NCBI GenBank assembly: GCA_030619765.1
Contig: JAUXAU010000002.1
Coordinates: 1,724-65,723 of the forward strand
Origin: Thermoplasmatota archaeon
Lineage (GTDB): Archaea > Thermoplasmatota > E2 > DHVEG-1
DNA length: 64,000 bases
Direction: 5' to 3'
A program made the translations under genes and the position numbers. Positions 28,117 to 38,658 of this stretch are shown here, in pieces. Position 1 is the first letter of the stretch, and each line of letters starts with the position of its first letter. Under the pieces are notes generated by a model, which was not told the origin of the DNA, did no database searches, and worked only from the letters and a program-made list of their open reading frames with translations.

Positions 28117-29355
28117 CTACTGGAAATCACTTTTTGTGAGAACCTTTACAGATCTAGGCATTTTTATGACATTGCCTATTTTGATGCCTATAATCTCTTT
28201 CACGCCTTTATTGTTTGCAATATCTAAGAGACGTTGCGTAACAATGCCGTCAAATACCACTGTAGAGACTTTCTCACCCTTCTTGATCTCGTCAGTTAAT
28301 TCTCTGACAGGTATCTTCTTTAATTCTTTTCCGCTTTCATCAAGCAGTACTGCCTTAAGAGAACCTGAAATTTCATTAAGGATAGATTCATAATTTTTCT
28401 GTTTATCAGTAATAAGCCTACTCTCATCTTCCCTTTTTTCTTTTATTTTAGAGAAGAATTCCCTTTTAATCTTCTGAGGTTTTTCTCCATTTGCTTTCTT
28501 ATTTTCCCCTATCTTTATGTTATACATATCCATATATTGCTCTTTTGGTATTTTGTTTTTTAATGACTTCATGATAAGCTTCTGAGAAATCTCTTCGACT
28601 TCTCTTGTTTGAGGTGCCCTAGCAACAAAATCTACATCTGCCACTTGCAACAGCTCTTTAAGAATAAGTTCACCACCTCTATCTCCGTCAACAAAGACAG
28701 TTGTAATTTTTTCTTTACTCAAATCAGTGACTGTTTTAGGAACATTGGTTCCACCCACAGCAATGACATTTTTTATACCATATTTTAAAAGATTGAGCAC
28801 ATCTCTTCTGCCTTCGACGACAACAATGGCATCACTTTTTTCAATATTGGGTCCAGCTGGACAATGATCTGGACCGTAGTTCGTGATTTCTTCAACTTGG
28901 ACTGCCTGTCTAACATTATCTGCAATACTTTCTCCTTCAATTTTGCTCTTTTCCATTACTTCACTTAGCAGCTCTTTGGCTCTATCTATAACGTTTTTTC
29001 TCCTTGATACTCGTACGTCTTCGACTTCTCTTACTGTAATAACTGCTTTACAGGGACCTACTCTGTCTATACTTTCAAAAGCAGCAGCAAGGATGACAGT
29101 TTCTACCTTGTCAAGTGATGTAGGTAATATTATTGTACCTTCGCTTTTACCGCCTTTTGATTCTAATTCAACCTCTATTCTTCCTACTCGTGCAGATCGT
29201 TGTAATTCTCTTAAATCTAATTCTTCTCCGAGAAGACCTTCAGTTTGACCAAATATCGCTCCTACAACATCTGATTTTTCAATCACCCCATCTGCCTTAA
29301 TAGTAGCCTTAATCATATATTTTGTAGTTGATGGATCAATTACCATTATTTTCAC
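28117..29355 (-). CDS. dnaG: archaeal DnaG-type primase (Toprim domain)
   Basis: Toprim motifs VVVEGRRDVLNLLKYGIKNVIAVGGTNVP and VFVDGDRGGELILKEL. The 412-aa length is typical. Confidence 0.85.
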   Translation of the reverse strand: MKIMVIDPSTTKYMIKATIKADGVIEKSDVVGAIFGQTEGLLGEELDLRELQRSARVGRIEVELESKGGKSEGTIILPTSLDKVETVILAAAFESIDRVGPCKAVITVREVEDVRVSRRKNVIDRAKELLSEVMEKSKIEGESIADNVRQAVQVEEITNYGPDHCPAGPNIEKSDAIVVVEGRRDVLNLLKYGIKNVIAVGGTNVPKTVTDLSKEKITTVFVDGDRGGELILKELLQVADVDFVARAPQTREVEEISQKLIMKSLKNKIPKEQYMDMYNIKIGENKKANGEKPQKIKREFFSKIKEKREDESRLITDKQKNYESILNEISGSLKAVLLDESGKELKKIPVRELTDEIKKGEKVSTVVFDGIVTQRLLDIANNKGVKEIIGIKIGNVIKMPRSVKVLTKSDFQ

Positions 29356-29598
29356 CTCGTTAAATCAACTCTTTAAAAAATAGCACCTTATTCTGCCTTT
29401 ACAGCAGAGTATAGGCATTTGTTTGTCATTTGCCTAACAATTTTGCATATACCACTTGAGTAATTAATAATTTGAATCTCAATATGAGAGCACATTACTT
29501 ATTAAGTGCCATTTTTCTTTAAGTTGATTATTGAATAGTAATATAGAGGTTTCCGTCATATTTAAATGTTGTGCTTAGTATTCACGTTGAGGTTTTCC

Positions 29599-31953
29599 AT
29601 GAGTGACAAAATCTTCATCGGCGTAGCTTGGCCATATGCAAATGGTTCATTACATCTGGGGCACATAGCTGGTTGTTACCTTCCAGCAGATATCTTCGCA
29701 AGATATAATAGAATGAAAGGTAGGGATGTTTTAATGGTATCAGGGAGCGATGAGCATGGCACTCCAATTACCATTACTGCAGAAAATGAAAAGACCACGC
29801 CCCAATCAATAGTAGATAGATACAACAAAGAACATACCGACAATATGGATCAACTGGGTATTTCTTTTGATTTATTTACACGTACCACTACGAAGAACCA
29901 CGAATCTGTTGTGCAAGATATATTTTCAACATTATATGAGAAAGGACATATCTACAAGAAAACTATAGATGCTTTTTACTGTGAGAACTGCTCTCGTTTT
30001 TTACCAGACAGGTATATCGAAGGAGTTTGTCCACATTGTGGTAACGAAAAAGCACGTGGTGACCAATGTGATGAATGTGGAATGCTGTTAAACACTAAAG
30101 AGTTATTAAAGGTAAAATGTAAATTATGTGGCGGAACACCAATAATTAGGACAAGTGATCATCTATTCTTTGCATTAAGCAAATTCGAATCTAAACTTCT
30201 TGATTGGATAGAAGATAAAAAACATTGGAAATCGAATGTGATTAAATTCACTCGCAACTGGCTCAAAGATGGGCTTAAAGATAGAGCAATAACAAGAGAT
30301 TTAAGCTGGGGTGTTTACTTACCAGCCTCCTCTGGTTTCTATGGCATAGATCAAAAATTACCACCAGAGTTTGATTACTCGAAAGTAGATCTATGGTATG
30401 ACCCCAATTTTATTTCCTATGATGAAGGGAAACAAAAAAATGAAGAACCTCGTATAGTTGAAGAAGACGGTATAAAAGACCCCTTTAAATTTGGAAAAAA
30501 TTTGAAATATGTTCGATTTGATGAAGATGAATGGGGCAGGATTCCACCTATTTCAGGGTTTGAAAATAAAAGAATCTATGTCTGGTTTGATGCGGTTATC
30601 GGTTATCTTGCTGCAAGTAAAGAATGGTCCCAAAAACAGGGTGAATCATCAAAATGGGAGGAATGGTGGAAAAACAAAAATGCCAAGCATTACTACTTCT
30701 TGGCAAAAGATAATATTCCGTTCCATTCTATCATATGGCCGTCTATACTGATGGGGTATGATGAATCATTAAACCTACCATATGATATACCAGCAAATGA
30801 GTATCTCTGCTTAAGTGGCGAGCAGTTTTCTAAAAGCAGAAGCGTTGCGGTATGGGTTCCAGATATTCTTAAGAAATTTGATCCAGATGCAATTCGTTAT
30901 TACTTGTCAATTAATATGCCCGAAAACAAAGATTCCAATTGGTTGTGGAACGATTTCGTAGCAAAGAATAATGATGAATTAGTTGGAACATACGGAAACT
31001 TTGTTCATAGAGTTATTACATTTACCCAGAAAAATTTCGCTAGCATCCCTAAAAAAGGCAACCTTAAAGATCTCGATAGCAAGGCCCTTAAAAAGATAGA
31101 AGAGGCCTACAAAGAAGTCGGGGATTCTATAGGTAATTGTAACTTTAAAAAGGGACTAAGAACAACCATGAATCTCGCACAATTTGGCAATTTTTATTTC
31201 GATCAGAATCAACCGTGGAACCTAATAAAAAATGAAAAAGAAAGATGTGGCTCTGTTTTGCATATATGTATTAAACTCGTTCAGGCTTTAGCTGTATTTA
31301 TGGCACCGTATCTGCCATTCTCTTCAGATGTTATATGGAAAATACTTGGAAACACAGACTCTATCAAGAGCTGGGATGATTCACTATCAGAGTTAAAAGA
31401 AGGAACTCCTCTAGAAAAACCAGTGCCCTTGTTTAAAAAATTTATTTTAGAAGATATAGTTGAAGAAGCCGATCCTTTTTCAAAGCTTGATTTACGTGTT
31501 GCAAAAGTCATTGATGTAGAAGATCATCCACAGGCAGATAAATTATATGTAATGCAGCTAGACCTTGGCCCTCTTGGAAAGCGATCCATAGTTGCAGGGA
31601 TAAAGCCATGTTACTCAAAAGAAGAACTCAATGGAAAATCTATTGTAATTGTAACAAATCTTAAACCAGCAAAGATTAGAGGAATAGAATCTAAGGGGAT
31701 GCTGCTTGCAACAGAAGATGAACAAGAGATTATTTCTCTTCTTAACCCAAAAGATGCAACTCCAGGAGCAGAGATATTCGTAGAAGGAATACCAAGAGAG
31801 CCTGTTTCAGTTTTAGAATTTGATGATTTCAAACAAGCGATAATGACCATAGGAGACAAACAAGAGGTTGTATACAATGGAAAACCACTTAAAAGTAAAA
31901 ATAATACAGTTGTAACCGATAAAAAAGTGAAGATAGGGGCTAAGGTATCGTAG
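29599..31953 (+). CDS. metG: methionyl-tRNA synthetase with C-terminal Trbp111/EMAP-like domain and an about 80-aa internal insertion
   Basis: WPYANGSLHLGH (HIGH), Zn knuckles CENC/CPHC/CDEC/CKLC, FSKSRS (KMSKS) and the C-terminal LDLRVAKVIDVEDHPQADKLY tRNA-binding domain. Preferred start is ATG 29599 (track ORF from 29566). Confidence 0.9.
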   Translation: MSDKIFIGVAWPYANGSLHLGHIAGCYLPADIFARYNRMKGRDVLMVSGSDEHGTPITITAENEKTTPQSIVDRYNKEHTDNMDQLGISFDLFTRTTTKNHESVVQDIFSTLYEKGHIYKKTIDAFYCENCSRFLPDRYIEGVCPHCGNEKARGDQCDECGMLLNTKELLKVKCKLCGGTPIIRTSDHLFFALSKFESKLLDWIEDKKHWKSNVIKFTRNWLKDGLKDRAITRDLSWGVYLPASSGFYGIDQKLPPEFDYSKVDLWYDPNFISYDEGKQKNEEPRIVEEDGIKDPFKFGKNLKYVRFDEDEWGRIPPISGFENKRIYVWFDAVIGYLAASKEWSQKQGESSKWEEWWKNKNAKHYYFLAKDNIPFHSIIWPSILMGYDESLNLPYDIPANEYLCLSGEQFSKSRSVAVWVPDILKKFDPDAIRYYLSINMPENKDSNWLWNDFVAKNNDELVGTYGNFVHRVITFTQKNFASIPKKGNLKDLDSKALKKIEEAYKEVGDSIGNCNFKKGLRTTMNLAQFGNFYFDQNQPWNLIKNEKERCGSVLHICIKLVQALAVFMAPYLPFSSDVIWKILGNTDSIKSWDDSLSELKEGTPLEKPVPLFKKFILEDIVEEADPFSKLDLRVAKVIDVEDHPQADKLYVMQLDLGPLGKRSIVAGIKPCYSKEELNGKSIVIVTNLKPAKIRGIESKGMLLATEDEQEIISLLNPKDATPGAEIFVEGIPREPVSVLEFDDFKQAIMTIGDKQEVVYNGKPLKSKNNTVVTDKKVKIGAKVS

Positions 31954-31971
31954 AGCTCCGAGGAGAACAAT

Positions 31972-32871
31972 ATGATTTCTGATATCGTGACGCAAACCGA
32001 TTTACCTTTAAATGTATTAAATAGGGGAAAAGTCCGGGATATCTACGATCTTGAAGATAATAAACTACTCATAATAACAACTGATAGAATATCTGCTTTT
32101 GATTATGTACTTCCTAGTTCGATACCATCGAAAGGCGTCTGCCTTACTCAACTATCTAAATTCTGGTTTGATTATACAGAAGATATTGTGAAAAACCATC
32201 TGATCTCTACAGAACTTTACGATTTTCCGGATAAACTCCGAGATTACAGTGGATATCTTGAATATAGGACCATGTTAGTTAAAAAAACCAAGGTTATCCC
32301 CATTGAATGCATAGTAAGAGGCTATATCTCTGGTTCAGCATGGAAATCATATAAAAAAGATGGAACAGTATGTGGAATCAAACTACCGAGTAGTTTGCAA
32401 GAATCAGAACAATTTGATGAACCGTTGTTTACTCCTTCAACCAAAGCCGAGACTGGACATGACATCAATATCTCATTTGAGAAGATGAAAGAACTCGTTG
32501 GAGGGGGCGTTGCAGAACAGCTTGAAGAGCTTTCTTTGGATCTATACAAAACTGCTTCAGAATATGCACGGAAACGAGGTATAATTATTGCAGACACAAA
32601 GTTTGAATTTGGGCTGTTAAATGCTGAAATAATTCTGATTGATGAGGTATTGACTCCCGATTCCTCTCGTTTCTGGCCTGCGGATAAATACGAACCTGGA
32701 AAGTCTCAGCCAAGTTTTGATAAGCAGTTTGTACGAGATTATCTGAATTCTACAGGATGGGATAAAAATTCTGCTCCGCCAGAGTTACCTGATGAGGTTA
32801 TTAAGGAAACCCAACGAAAATATCAGGATGCATATGAAAAGATAACCGAGAAGAAATTTATATTCCAATAA
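31972..32871 (+). CDS. purC: SAICAR synthetase
   Basis: GKVRDIYDL...LLIITTDRISAFDYVL and IIADTKFEFG motifs. Long (299 aa) form. Confidence 0.85.
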   Translation: MISDIVTQTDLPLNVLNRGKVRDIYDLEDNKLLIITTDRISAFDYVLPSSIPSKGVCLTQLSKFWFDYTEDIVKNHLISTELYDFPDKLRDYSGYLEYRTMLVKKTKVIPIECIVRGYISGSAWKSYKKDGTVCGIKLPSSLQESEQFDEPLFTPSTKAETGHDINISFEKMKELVGGGVAEQLEELSLDLYKTASEYARKRGIIIADTKFEFGLLNAEIILIDEVLTPDSSRFWPADKYEPGKSQPSFDKQFVRDYLNSTGWDKNSAPPELPDEVIKETQRKYQDAYEKITEKKFIFQ

Positions 32872-33109
32872 GTATTGTAAAGTTGCAAAGTAAGCGTGAT
32901 AAGAGGATTGAGAAAATGGAAAATAAGAATCAATTCATCAATATTTCCCGTTACAATTTTATATAAAGAACATATTTCTATTATTTACATAGCTAAGTTG
33001 GATGGGATAAACGAATGGTTAATGGATATCCAGTTTGTTATAGGCTAAAACCTGATGTTATTTCAAGACGAAAGCATATAGAACAGATTTTGAAAAAGTT
33101 ATTTTATAA

Positions 33110-34297
33110 GTGGTTCTTATGAGAGATGAACCTGAAATTGCGAATGAGTTGAGGAAAATAGACAACATTGAAAACCATAACGGTCAATCAAAGATTAGGA
33201 AAATGAAATTTCGAAAATTTACAAAATCGAAAGATAATTTTTTTAGAAAAAATAAACAAGAGCATATCTACCATATCAAAAAAGTAGCAATTAAAACAAT
33301 TGGAGTAGGTATCTTTTTAACAATAGTAATAGAATCATATTATATCTTTGCAATTAAAGATATGACTCTTTTTAATGTTATTAGTAATATTGCCCTTGTT
33401 ATTATTGTATTTTTGCTAGGCACAGCTTATGTATTACAAGAATTTGAGAAGGTAGAGAAAAATTTAAGAGAGGCACATAATCAACTTAACGAGTTGAATA
33501 GAAATCTTGAACGAAAAGTCAAAAAAAGGACAGATGAAGTGGTACAACTCTTAAATGAAAAGCAGGAATTTATTAATCAGCTTAGTCATGATCTTAAGAC
33601 ACCATTGACGCCGCTTGTAAGCCTACTACCTATCCTTGAAAACACAGAAAAGGATCCTAAATCAAAGGAACTACTCAAGGTATTACATAGAAACGTTGAT
33701 CACATAAAGCATCTTGTAGTTAAAACCCTCGATCTTTCACGGCTTAATACACCTGGCACTATGCCTGATATGGAAGATATACACTTGTGGGAATCGGCTG
33801 AGAATAGTATCAAAGATCAACAGCTTCTGTGTGACGAAAAGGAGTTCACGGTTGATAACAAAATTGATGAAAATATCTTTATTAAAGCTGATAAACTACG
33901 ACTGGGCGAGGTGTTTAGTAATCTTATAAATAATGCTGTCAGATATAGCCCATATGGTAGTACTATTACAGTTAAAGCACATGATGATGGAGATTTCGTT
34001 AAAGTTTCGATTATAGACTCTGGTATTGGCATGACTGTGGAACAAATTGATCACGTCTTTGACGATTTCTATAAGGTTGATAAATCCCGTCATGATTTTA
34101 GTTCTAGCGGTCTTGGTTTATCTATTTGTAAGTATATTGTTGAAAAACATGGTGGTAAGATTTGGGCTGAAAGCCCTGGATTAGGAAAAGGCTCAACTTT
34201 TTATTTTAAACTCCCAAAAGATTATAAGAAAAATGAAATAAAAAGTAGAGAAGGCTTTCATCAAGAAATTGATATGGTTTTAAATTCAAAAAAATGA
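33110..34297 (+). CDS. membrane sensor histidine kinase
   Basis: Two TM helices, coiled coil, H-box LSHDLKTPLTPL, N-box NLINNAVRYSP, DSGIGM and GLGLSICKYIVEKHGG. No adjacent response regulator. Confidence 0.8.
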   Translation: MVLMRDEPEIANELRKIDNIENHNGQSKIRKMKFRKFTKSKDNFFRKNKQEHIYHIKKVAIKTIGVGIFLTIVIESYYIFAIKDMTLFNVISNIALVIIVFLLGTAYVLQEFEKVEKNLREAHNQLNELNRNLERKVKKRTDEVVQLLNEKQEFINQLSHDLKTPLTPLVSLLPILENTEKDPKSKELLKVLHRNVDHIKHLVVKTLDLSRLNTPGTMPDMEDIHLWESAENSIKDQQLLCDEKEFTVDNKIDENIFIKADKLRLGEVFSNLINNAVRYSPYGSTITVKAHDDGDFVKVSIIDSGIGMTVEQIDHVFDDFYKVDKSRHDFSSSGLGLSICKYIVEKHGGKIWAESPGLGKGSTFYFKLPKDYKKNEIKSREGFHQEIDMVLNSKK

Positions 34298-34491
34298 ATT
34301 AGTTGAAAGATAATAATTTACCTTCTTTATTTAAAAGCTGTTTTTTTATGATATTTCCAAATATAAAATTTTTTTACATAAATCGCCTAATTTGCGTGTA
34401 CCTATTCATAGTACATAATTTATACTAACTATGGTGACTTCATCCTTGGTTAAGAGTGCCATTCAATCAAAGCCCTATTTTCAACATCTTT

Positions 34492-35331
34492 TTATCCTTC
34501 TTGAACAGGTGCGCGCCAATCCAGACCAGGCGTTCTTAATCCTATCTTGGGAATAAGAGGCGTTCTCCTTTTATGTTGGCTTTTGATTCTCATTTGCCGT
34601 ATCCGTTCAACATCAGATTTTTTTACGTTTGCAATCCTTTGTATCTCTTCAATATCTAATTTCTGTTCTAATCCATGGAGAATTTTATCTAAAGTCTCAT
34701 AATTCATACCCAATTCTTGTTCATCAGTTTGACCCTTCCATAGCCCTGCTGTTGGTGGTTTAGAAAGAAGATATTTTGGTAGTTTGAGATATTCTGCCAA
34801 TTGATATACTTGAGTTTTGTAAAGATCACCTAATGCTTGAAAGTCGACCCCGCCATCTCCATATTTTGTAAAATATCCGATTAATAATTCTGATTTGTTT
34901 GATGTTCCACATACAAGGCTTTTTGTTTTATTTGCATATTCATAAAGGAGAATCATTCTTGCTCTGGTTTTTATATTTGCCAAGGCCATTTTATCTGGTT
35001 TTTCCAAACAAACTGTTTGAATTTGATTGACAAGTGCCGCTATGTTAATTTGCGTAGATTTTAGATCAAATTTTTTTACCAAACTCTCATAATGCTTTAT
35101 ATCGTCTTCTGGTGTGGTTTCATCTGGCATAAAAATACAAAGTACATTTTCTTTTCCTAACACTTCTTTGCATAGTACCGCTGCAACCGCTGAATCAACG
35201 CCGCCCGATAGTCCTAGGACAATACGCTTACATCCTGAACTATTAACGTATGTTTTAATAAAATCCTTGATGATGATGGAAACTTCTTTTGTATCTATTG
35301 CAAGAGATATTGTATCACACCCATGTTTCAA
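34492..35331 (-). CDS. nadE: NH3-dependent NAD+ synthetase
   Basis: LGLSGGVDSAV PP-loop and TSNKSELLIGYFTKYGDGG. The 5' end overlaps the upstream AAA+ gene by 17 nt. Confidence 0.85.
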   Translation of the reverse strand: MKHGCDTISLAIDTKEVSIIIKDFIKTYVNSSGCKRIVLGLSGGVDSAVAAVLCKEVLGKENVLCIFMPDETTPEDDIKHYESLVKKFDLKSTQINIAALVNQIQTVCLEKPDKMALANIKTRARMILLYEYANKTKSLVCGTSNKSELLIGYFTKYGDGGVDFQALGDLYKTQVYQLAEYLKLPKYLLSKPPTAGLWKGQTDEQELGMNYETLDKILHGLEQKLDIEEIQRIANVKKSDVERIRQMRIKSQHKRRTPLIPKIGLRTPGLDWRAPVQEG

Positions 35332-36646
35332 TCGATTCTTTTACTATTTTTCCTGCCTCTCGAACGACATCATCATCCACGGAAGAAAACGATGATCGCG
35401 CGATAGCAAATGGTATTCTTCTGATATAATCTGACATACGAAGGTCTCTCCTCAAGCTTGTATTATAATATTTTTCAACAATCTCGTTCATATCATGTAT
35501 ATATTTTTCTACTGTTTTTTCAGAAGCGGTTATTTCCGGTTCATGCATTCTTGCTAGTTTTACCCATTGATCATAGTATTCGTGCTTTTCTTTTATCTCT
35601 CCTCCACCATAGAACTTTTTATGGAACAGGTCAATTCTTTCTTCCTTACTAATATTTTGCACTTTAACAATAAGAGCACATCTGCTTGTGAGAAGCGGAG
35701 ATAGGCCGACGTCCGAAAGCGCATGTTTCCCAAATACCTTTGACCGCGGATTTGCAAACGCTATCATAATAAACTTACTTTCGATATTTTGATGAAGCTT
35801 TGCAGAATGGACACTACATTTGCCATTCGATAACAGCTCATAACAATACTCGATGTCTTCGCGGGGGATTTTATCGAACTCATCAACTAACACTAGCTTT
35901 TTATTGGAGTGTGGTAGTGCACCAAGAGCGCCTGTTCCTAAATGACAGACGAGTCCTGATCGTGTCGTGTTTGCACCGATAGTTGTAATACCAGAAAATT
36001 GCTCTCCTATAATTTCCTTTGCCATTGTTTTGCTACTACCCGGCTCTCCAATTATTAACGAATGTACTGGTTCCTCATATGTTGAAAACATACTGGTTGC
36101 AATAATTTTCTTCATTATGTCATTGCCACGTATTTCCCGGAAGACGTTTTCCCAAAAACCCTTAAAACCCCTTTTCTTGGCAAATTTTCTCAGCTCTTCA
36201 TCAGGTAAGAAAATACCGCTCTTTTCACGTTCTTCAAGCTTTTTGAACTCTATTATTTCTTGAAGAGATCCGGCTTTACTGATAACTTTGTTAAATGCCT
36301 GCGATTTTCTTGAAAGTTTTAAAACATTCCCTTCAACTTTTAGTGCTGCATTGCCCCATCCGACTGAATATACATCGAGTACATTCAAAACTGATTTGAC
36401 AACGGCGTTATCTGTTCTGTCGACTGTTATCTCAATAAGGTCTTCGTTTATTATTTTTATATCTTTTATATTCTCGTTTGCTAAGATATTGCGCGCCCTT
36501 TGAATAAGCATATTTCCTTTGCTGCCACCCATCCCTAAAGAGGCTGTCGACATTATTGCAATCTGTTCAAGTTTTGTTATTCCCATGTTCTCCAGTTTTT
36601 TTCTATCCGAAGGAACAACAGCTAGTAAAGTTAGATCATCTTCCAT
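35315..36646 (-). CDS. MCM-like AAA+ ATPase with N-terminal helix-hairpin-helix domain (no OB/Zn N-domain)
   Basis: Walker A GEPGSSKT, Walker B LVLVDEFDKI, sensor-1 AFANP and LLTSRCALI at the position of MCM SRFDL. TTRSGL...GALPHSN parallels MCM SSAAGLT...GALVLAD. N-terminus LENMGITKLEQIAIMSTASL...LIQRARNIL resembles the Rad51/RadA N-terminal HhH. Confidence 0.55.
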   Translation of the reverse strand: MEDDLTLLAVVPSDRKKLENMGITKLEQIAIMSTASLGMGGSKGNMLIQRARNILANENIKDIKIINEDLIEITVDRTDNAVVKSVLNVLDVYSVGWGNAALKVEGNVLKLSRKSQAFNKVISKAGSLQEIIEFKKLEEREKSGIFLPDEELRKFAKKRGFKGFWENVFREIRGNDIMKKIIATSMFSTYEEPVHSLIIGEPGSSKTMAKEIIGEQFSGITTIGANTTRSGLVCHLGTGALGALPHSNKKLVLVDEFDKIPREDIEYCYELLSNGKCSVHSAKLHQNIESKFIMIAFANPRSKVFGKHALSDVGLSPLLTSRCALIVKVQNISKEERIDLFHKKFYGGGEIKEKHEYYDQWVKLARMHEPEITASEKTVEKYIHDMNEIVEKYYNTSLRRDLRMSDYIRRIPFAIARSSFSSVDDDVVREAGKIVKESIETWV

Positions 36647-37102
36647 AATTTCACACTTGACAGGAATTATCCTTCTCTATAACTAAACATATCTAGCCAA
36701 AGTTTTAATAGCAAAATTTGACTAAATTTAGTTATTTTTGTAAAGGACGTATGAAAGTGAATAAAAAAAGGAGATTAAAAAGGTATTTATAGCTCTTTCA
36801 CTTGAACATGGAAAAATGTCAAATTTAATTGATAAAACAGGAGACAAGAGAAAAAAGATGTTGGAAAGCCGATGGAGGGCTATAGCAACGTGGAGATGAA
36901 ATCAGTATGATGTGTATGTCTATTTTTAGGTCGAACATTATATTTAAAATAAATATTTAAATATTGATATTTACTTTGCTTATATATGTTTGAGGGAAAA
37001 TTATGAAAAAGAAAGTAATTGGAATGGTAATTAAAATCACTGAGAAAGGGGAAAATTTAAAGTGTTAGTTGTATTAAAATATTGATTCTGAGGCGAAAAT
37101 AA

Positions 37103-37912
37103 ATGAAAAAACAAGTGACAAGTATAGCTATAATTTTTCTTTTCCTAATCGGAGTATTTAGCGGATGCGTAGAAGAAACTCCCGAGATTAAAAAAAATAA
37201 AATTTATGTAAATAATGATGGAACATCTGATTTTATAAGTATTCAAGATGCAATAAATGCTTCAAGTGACAATGGTTTTATATATGTAAGTAAAGGAACA
37301 TTTTATGAATCATTGACTATTAATAAACCAATAAAGCTTATTGGTGAGGGTAAAGATAGCACTATTATTAGTGGGAGATATATTGAAGAAGGAATTGAAA
37401 GCTTAATTTCGATTATGACTGAAAATTGTAGTATTCAAGGATTTACACTAAAAAATGGTAATAATTCTCTTTTAGACGGAATTAATGCAGTTTATTCATC
37501 TAACATTTCAATTATAAACAATAGTGTTGTTGGTTTTAATAATGGTATTTATCTAACTACTAGCTCAAATATGAATTCTATTAGTAGTAATTTAGTTTTA
37601 AGCAATACGTACGGTATTAGAATTCAACTTTCCGAGTATAATACTGTTAGTGAAAATAATTTAATTAATAATACCCGTGGTGTATTTGTTTGTTGTTCAT
37701 CAGAGTATAATGAAATCCATTTTAACAATTTTTTTGAAAATCATGGATTTAATGGATATGAAACCCATGAACTAGTGAATCACTGGGATAATAATTATTG
37801 GGATGATTATACTGGCATTGATGAAGATAATGATGGTTATGGTGATACTCCGTATAATATTCCAAGTGGTACAAACAACGATTCAAAACCGTTAATGAAT
37901 CCTTTTGAATAA
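37103..37912 (+). CDS. lipoprotein with right-handed beta-helix (NosD/CASH-like) repeats
   Basis: Lipobox VFSGC. IYVNNDGTSDFISIQDAINASSDNGFIYVSKGTFYESLTINKPIKLIGEG, then repeated N-x-I/V-x-x-N turns. Confidence 0.6.
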   Translation: MKKQVTSIAIIFLFLIGVFSGCVEETPEIKKNKIYVNNDGTSDFISIQDAINASSDNGFIYVSKGTFYESLTINKPIKLIGEGKDSTIISGRYIEEGIESLISIMTENCSIQGFTLKNGNNSLLDGINAVYSSNISIINNSVVGFNNGIYLTTSSNMNSISSNLVLSNTYGIRIQLSEYNTVSENNLINNTRGVFVCCSSEYNEIHFNNFFENHGFNGYETHELVNHWDNNYWDDYTGIDEDNDGYGDTPYNIPSGTNNDSKPLMNPFE

Positions 37913-38112
37913 ACAATATTACAAAAATTTCGTTCCTGTAAGCATCCTAGTATCTATTACACCTTCTATGATTCCCTATTTACATGATCTATATTTTTTA
38001 TCGTACTTTGACCCATGGAGTGGGTTGTTTGACCTATAGACCGACGTGCAAAAGAATACAAAGGTGTGAAAAACAGGTTATGTTATCCCTATAAAAAGAT
38101 TGTTTGTTAGAA

Positions 38113-38658
38113 TCAAAACTGTTGACCCCTCCTTATTTTTTTCATTTCTCTTTCAACAAACCTATAAACGTTGGAATGTTTGCTGCCACTCAGTAGCATA
38201 TCTATCGATTTTTTTGCTATATCGATTGATTCAAAATCTGCAATAACCGATACTGTGTGTCCATATATTGATATATCTGCTCCTGTTAAACTCTCTATGG
38301 TGTGTTTCGTTTTTCCGTCTCTACCAATGATCCTGCTTTTTAGTCTTCTAACATGTGTGGCTTTTTTTCCAACGTAGTCATGAACATCAAATATAAAAAA
38401 ATCGGTATCTTCTTTGAATAATCGCATGGCATGTTCTGGAGAAAATCCACGCCCGATGGCACGCACAACATTTTCTACTTGTAAGGCAAGGAGAGGATCT
38501 TTTGCCTTGTGTTCTTCAATTATTACTTCTCCCTCAACAGAATCAATCTCTATATGTAGCTGTGCCATCTTTTCGATCATTTTCTTTGTCTCTCCATCAT
38601 GACCGATGAGGATACCAACCCGTTCTTTTGGAATTTTTAGATATTTCATGCAAATCAC
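38113..38658 (-). CDS. KH-domain RNA-binding protein (archaeal Dim2/Pno1-like)
   Basis: Two KH-like units (IGHDGETKKMIEKMA; IGRDGKTKHTIESLTGADISIYG). Conserved position downstream of rio1. Confidence 0.7.
   Translation of the reverse strand: MICMKYLKIPKERVGILIGHDGETKKMIEKMAQLHIEIDSVEGEVIIEEHKAKDPLLALQVENVVRAIGRGFSPEHAMRLFKEDTDFFIFDVHDYVGKKATHVRRLKSRIIGRDGKTKHTIESLTGADISIYGHTVSVIADFESIDIAKKSIDMLLSGSKHSNVYRFVEREMKKIRRGQQF

Noticed and set aside
30325-30570. Intein in MetRS.
   Set aside because: The insert lacks an N-terminal Cys/Ser, a C-terminal His-Asn plus nucleophile, and endonuclease blocks. It is also too short.
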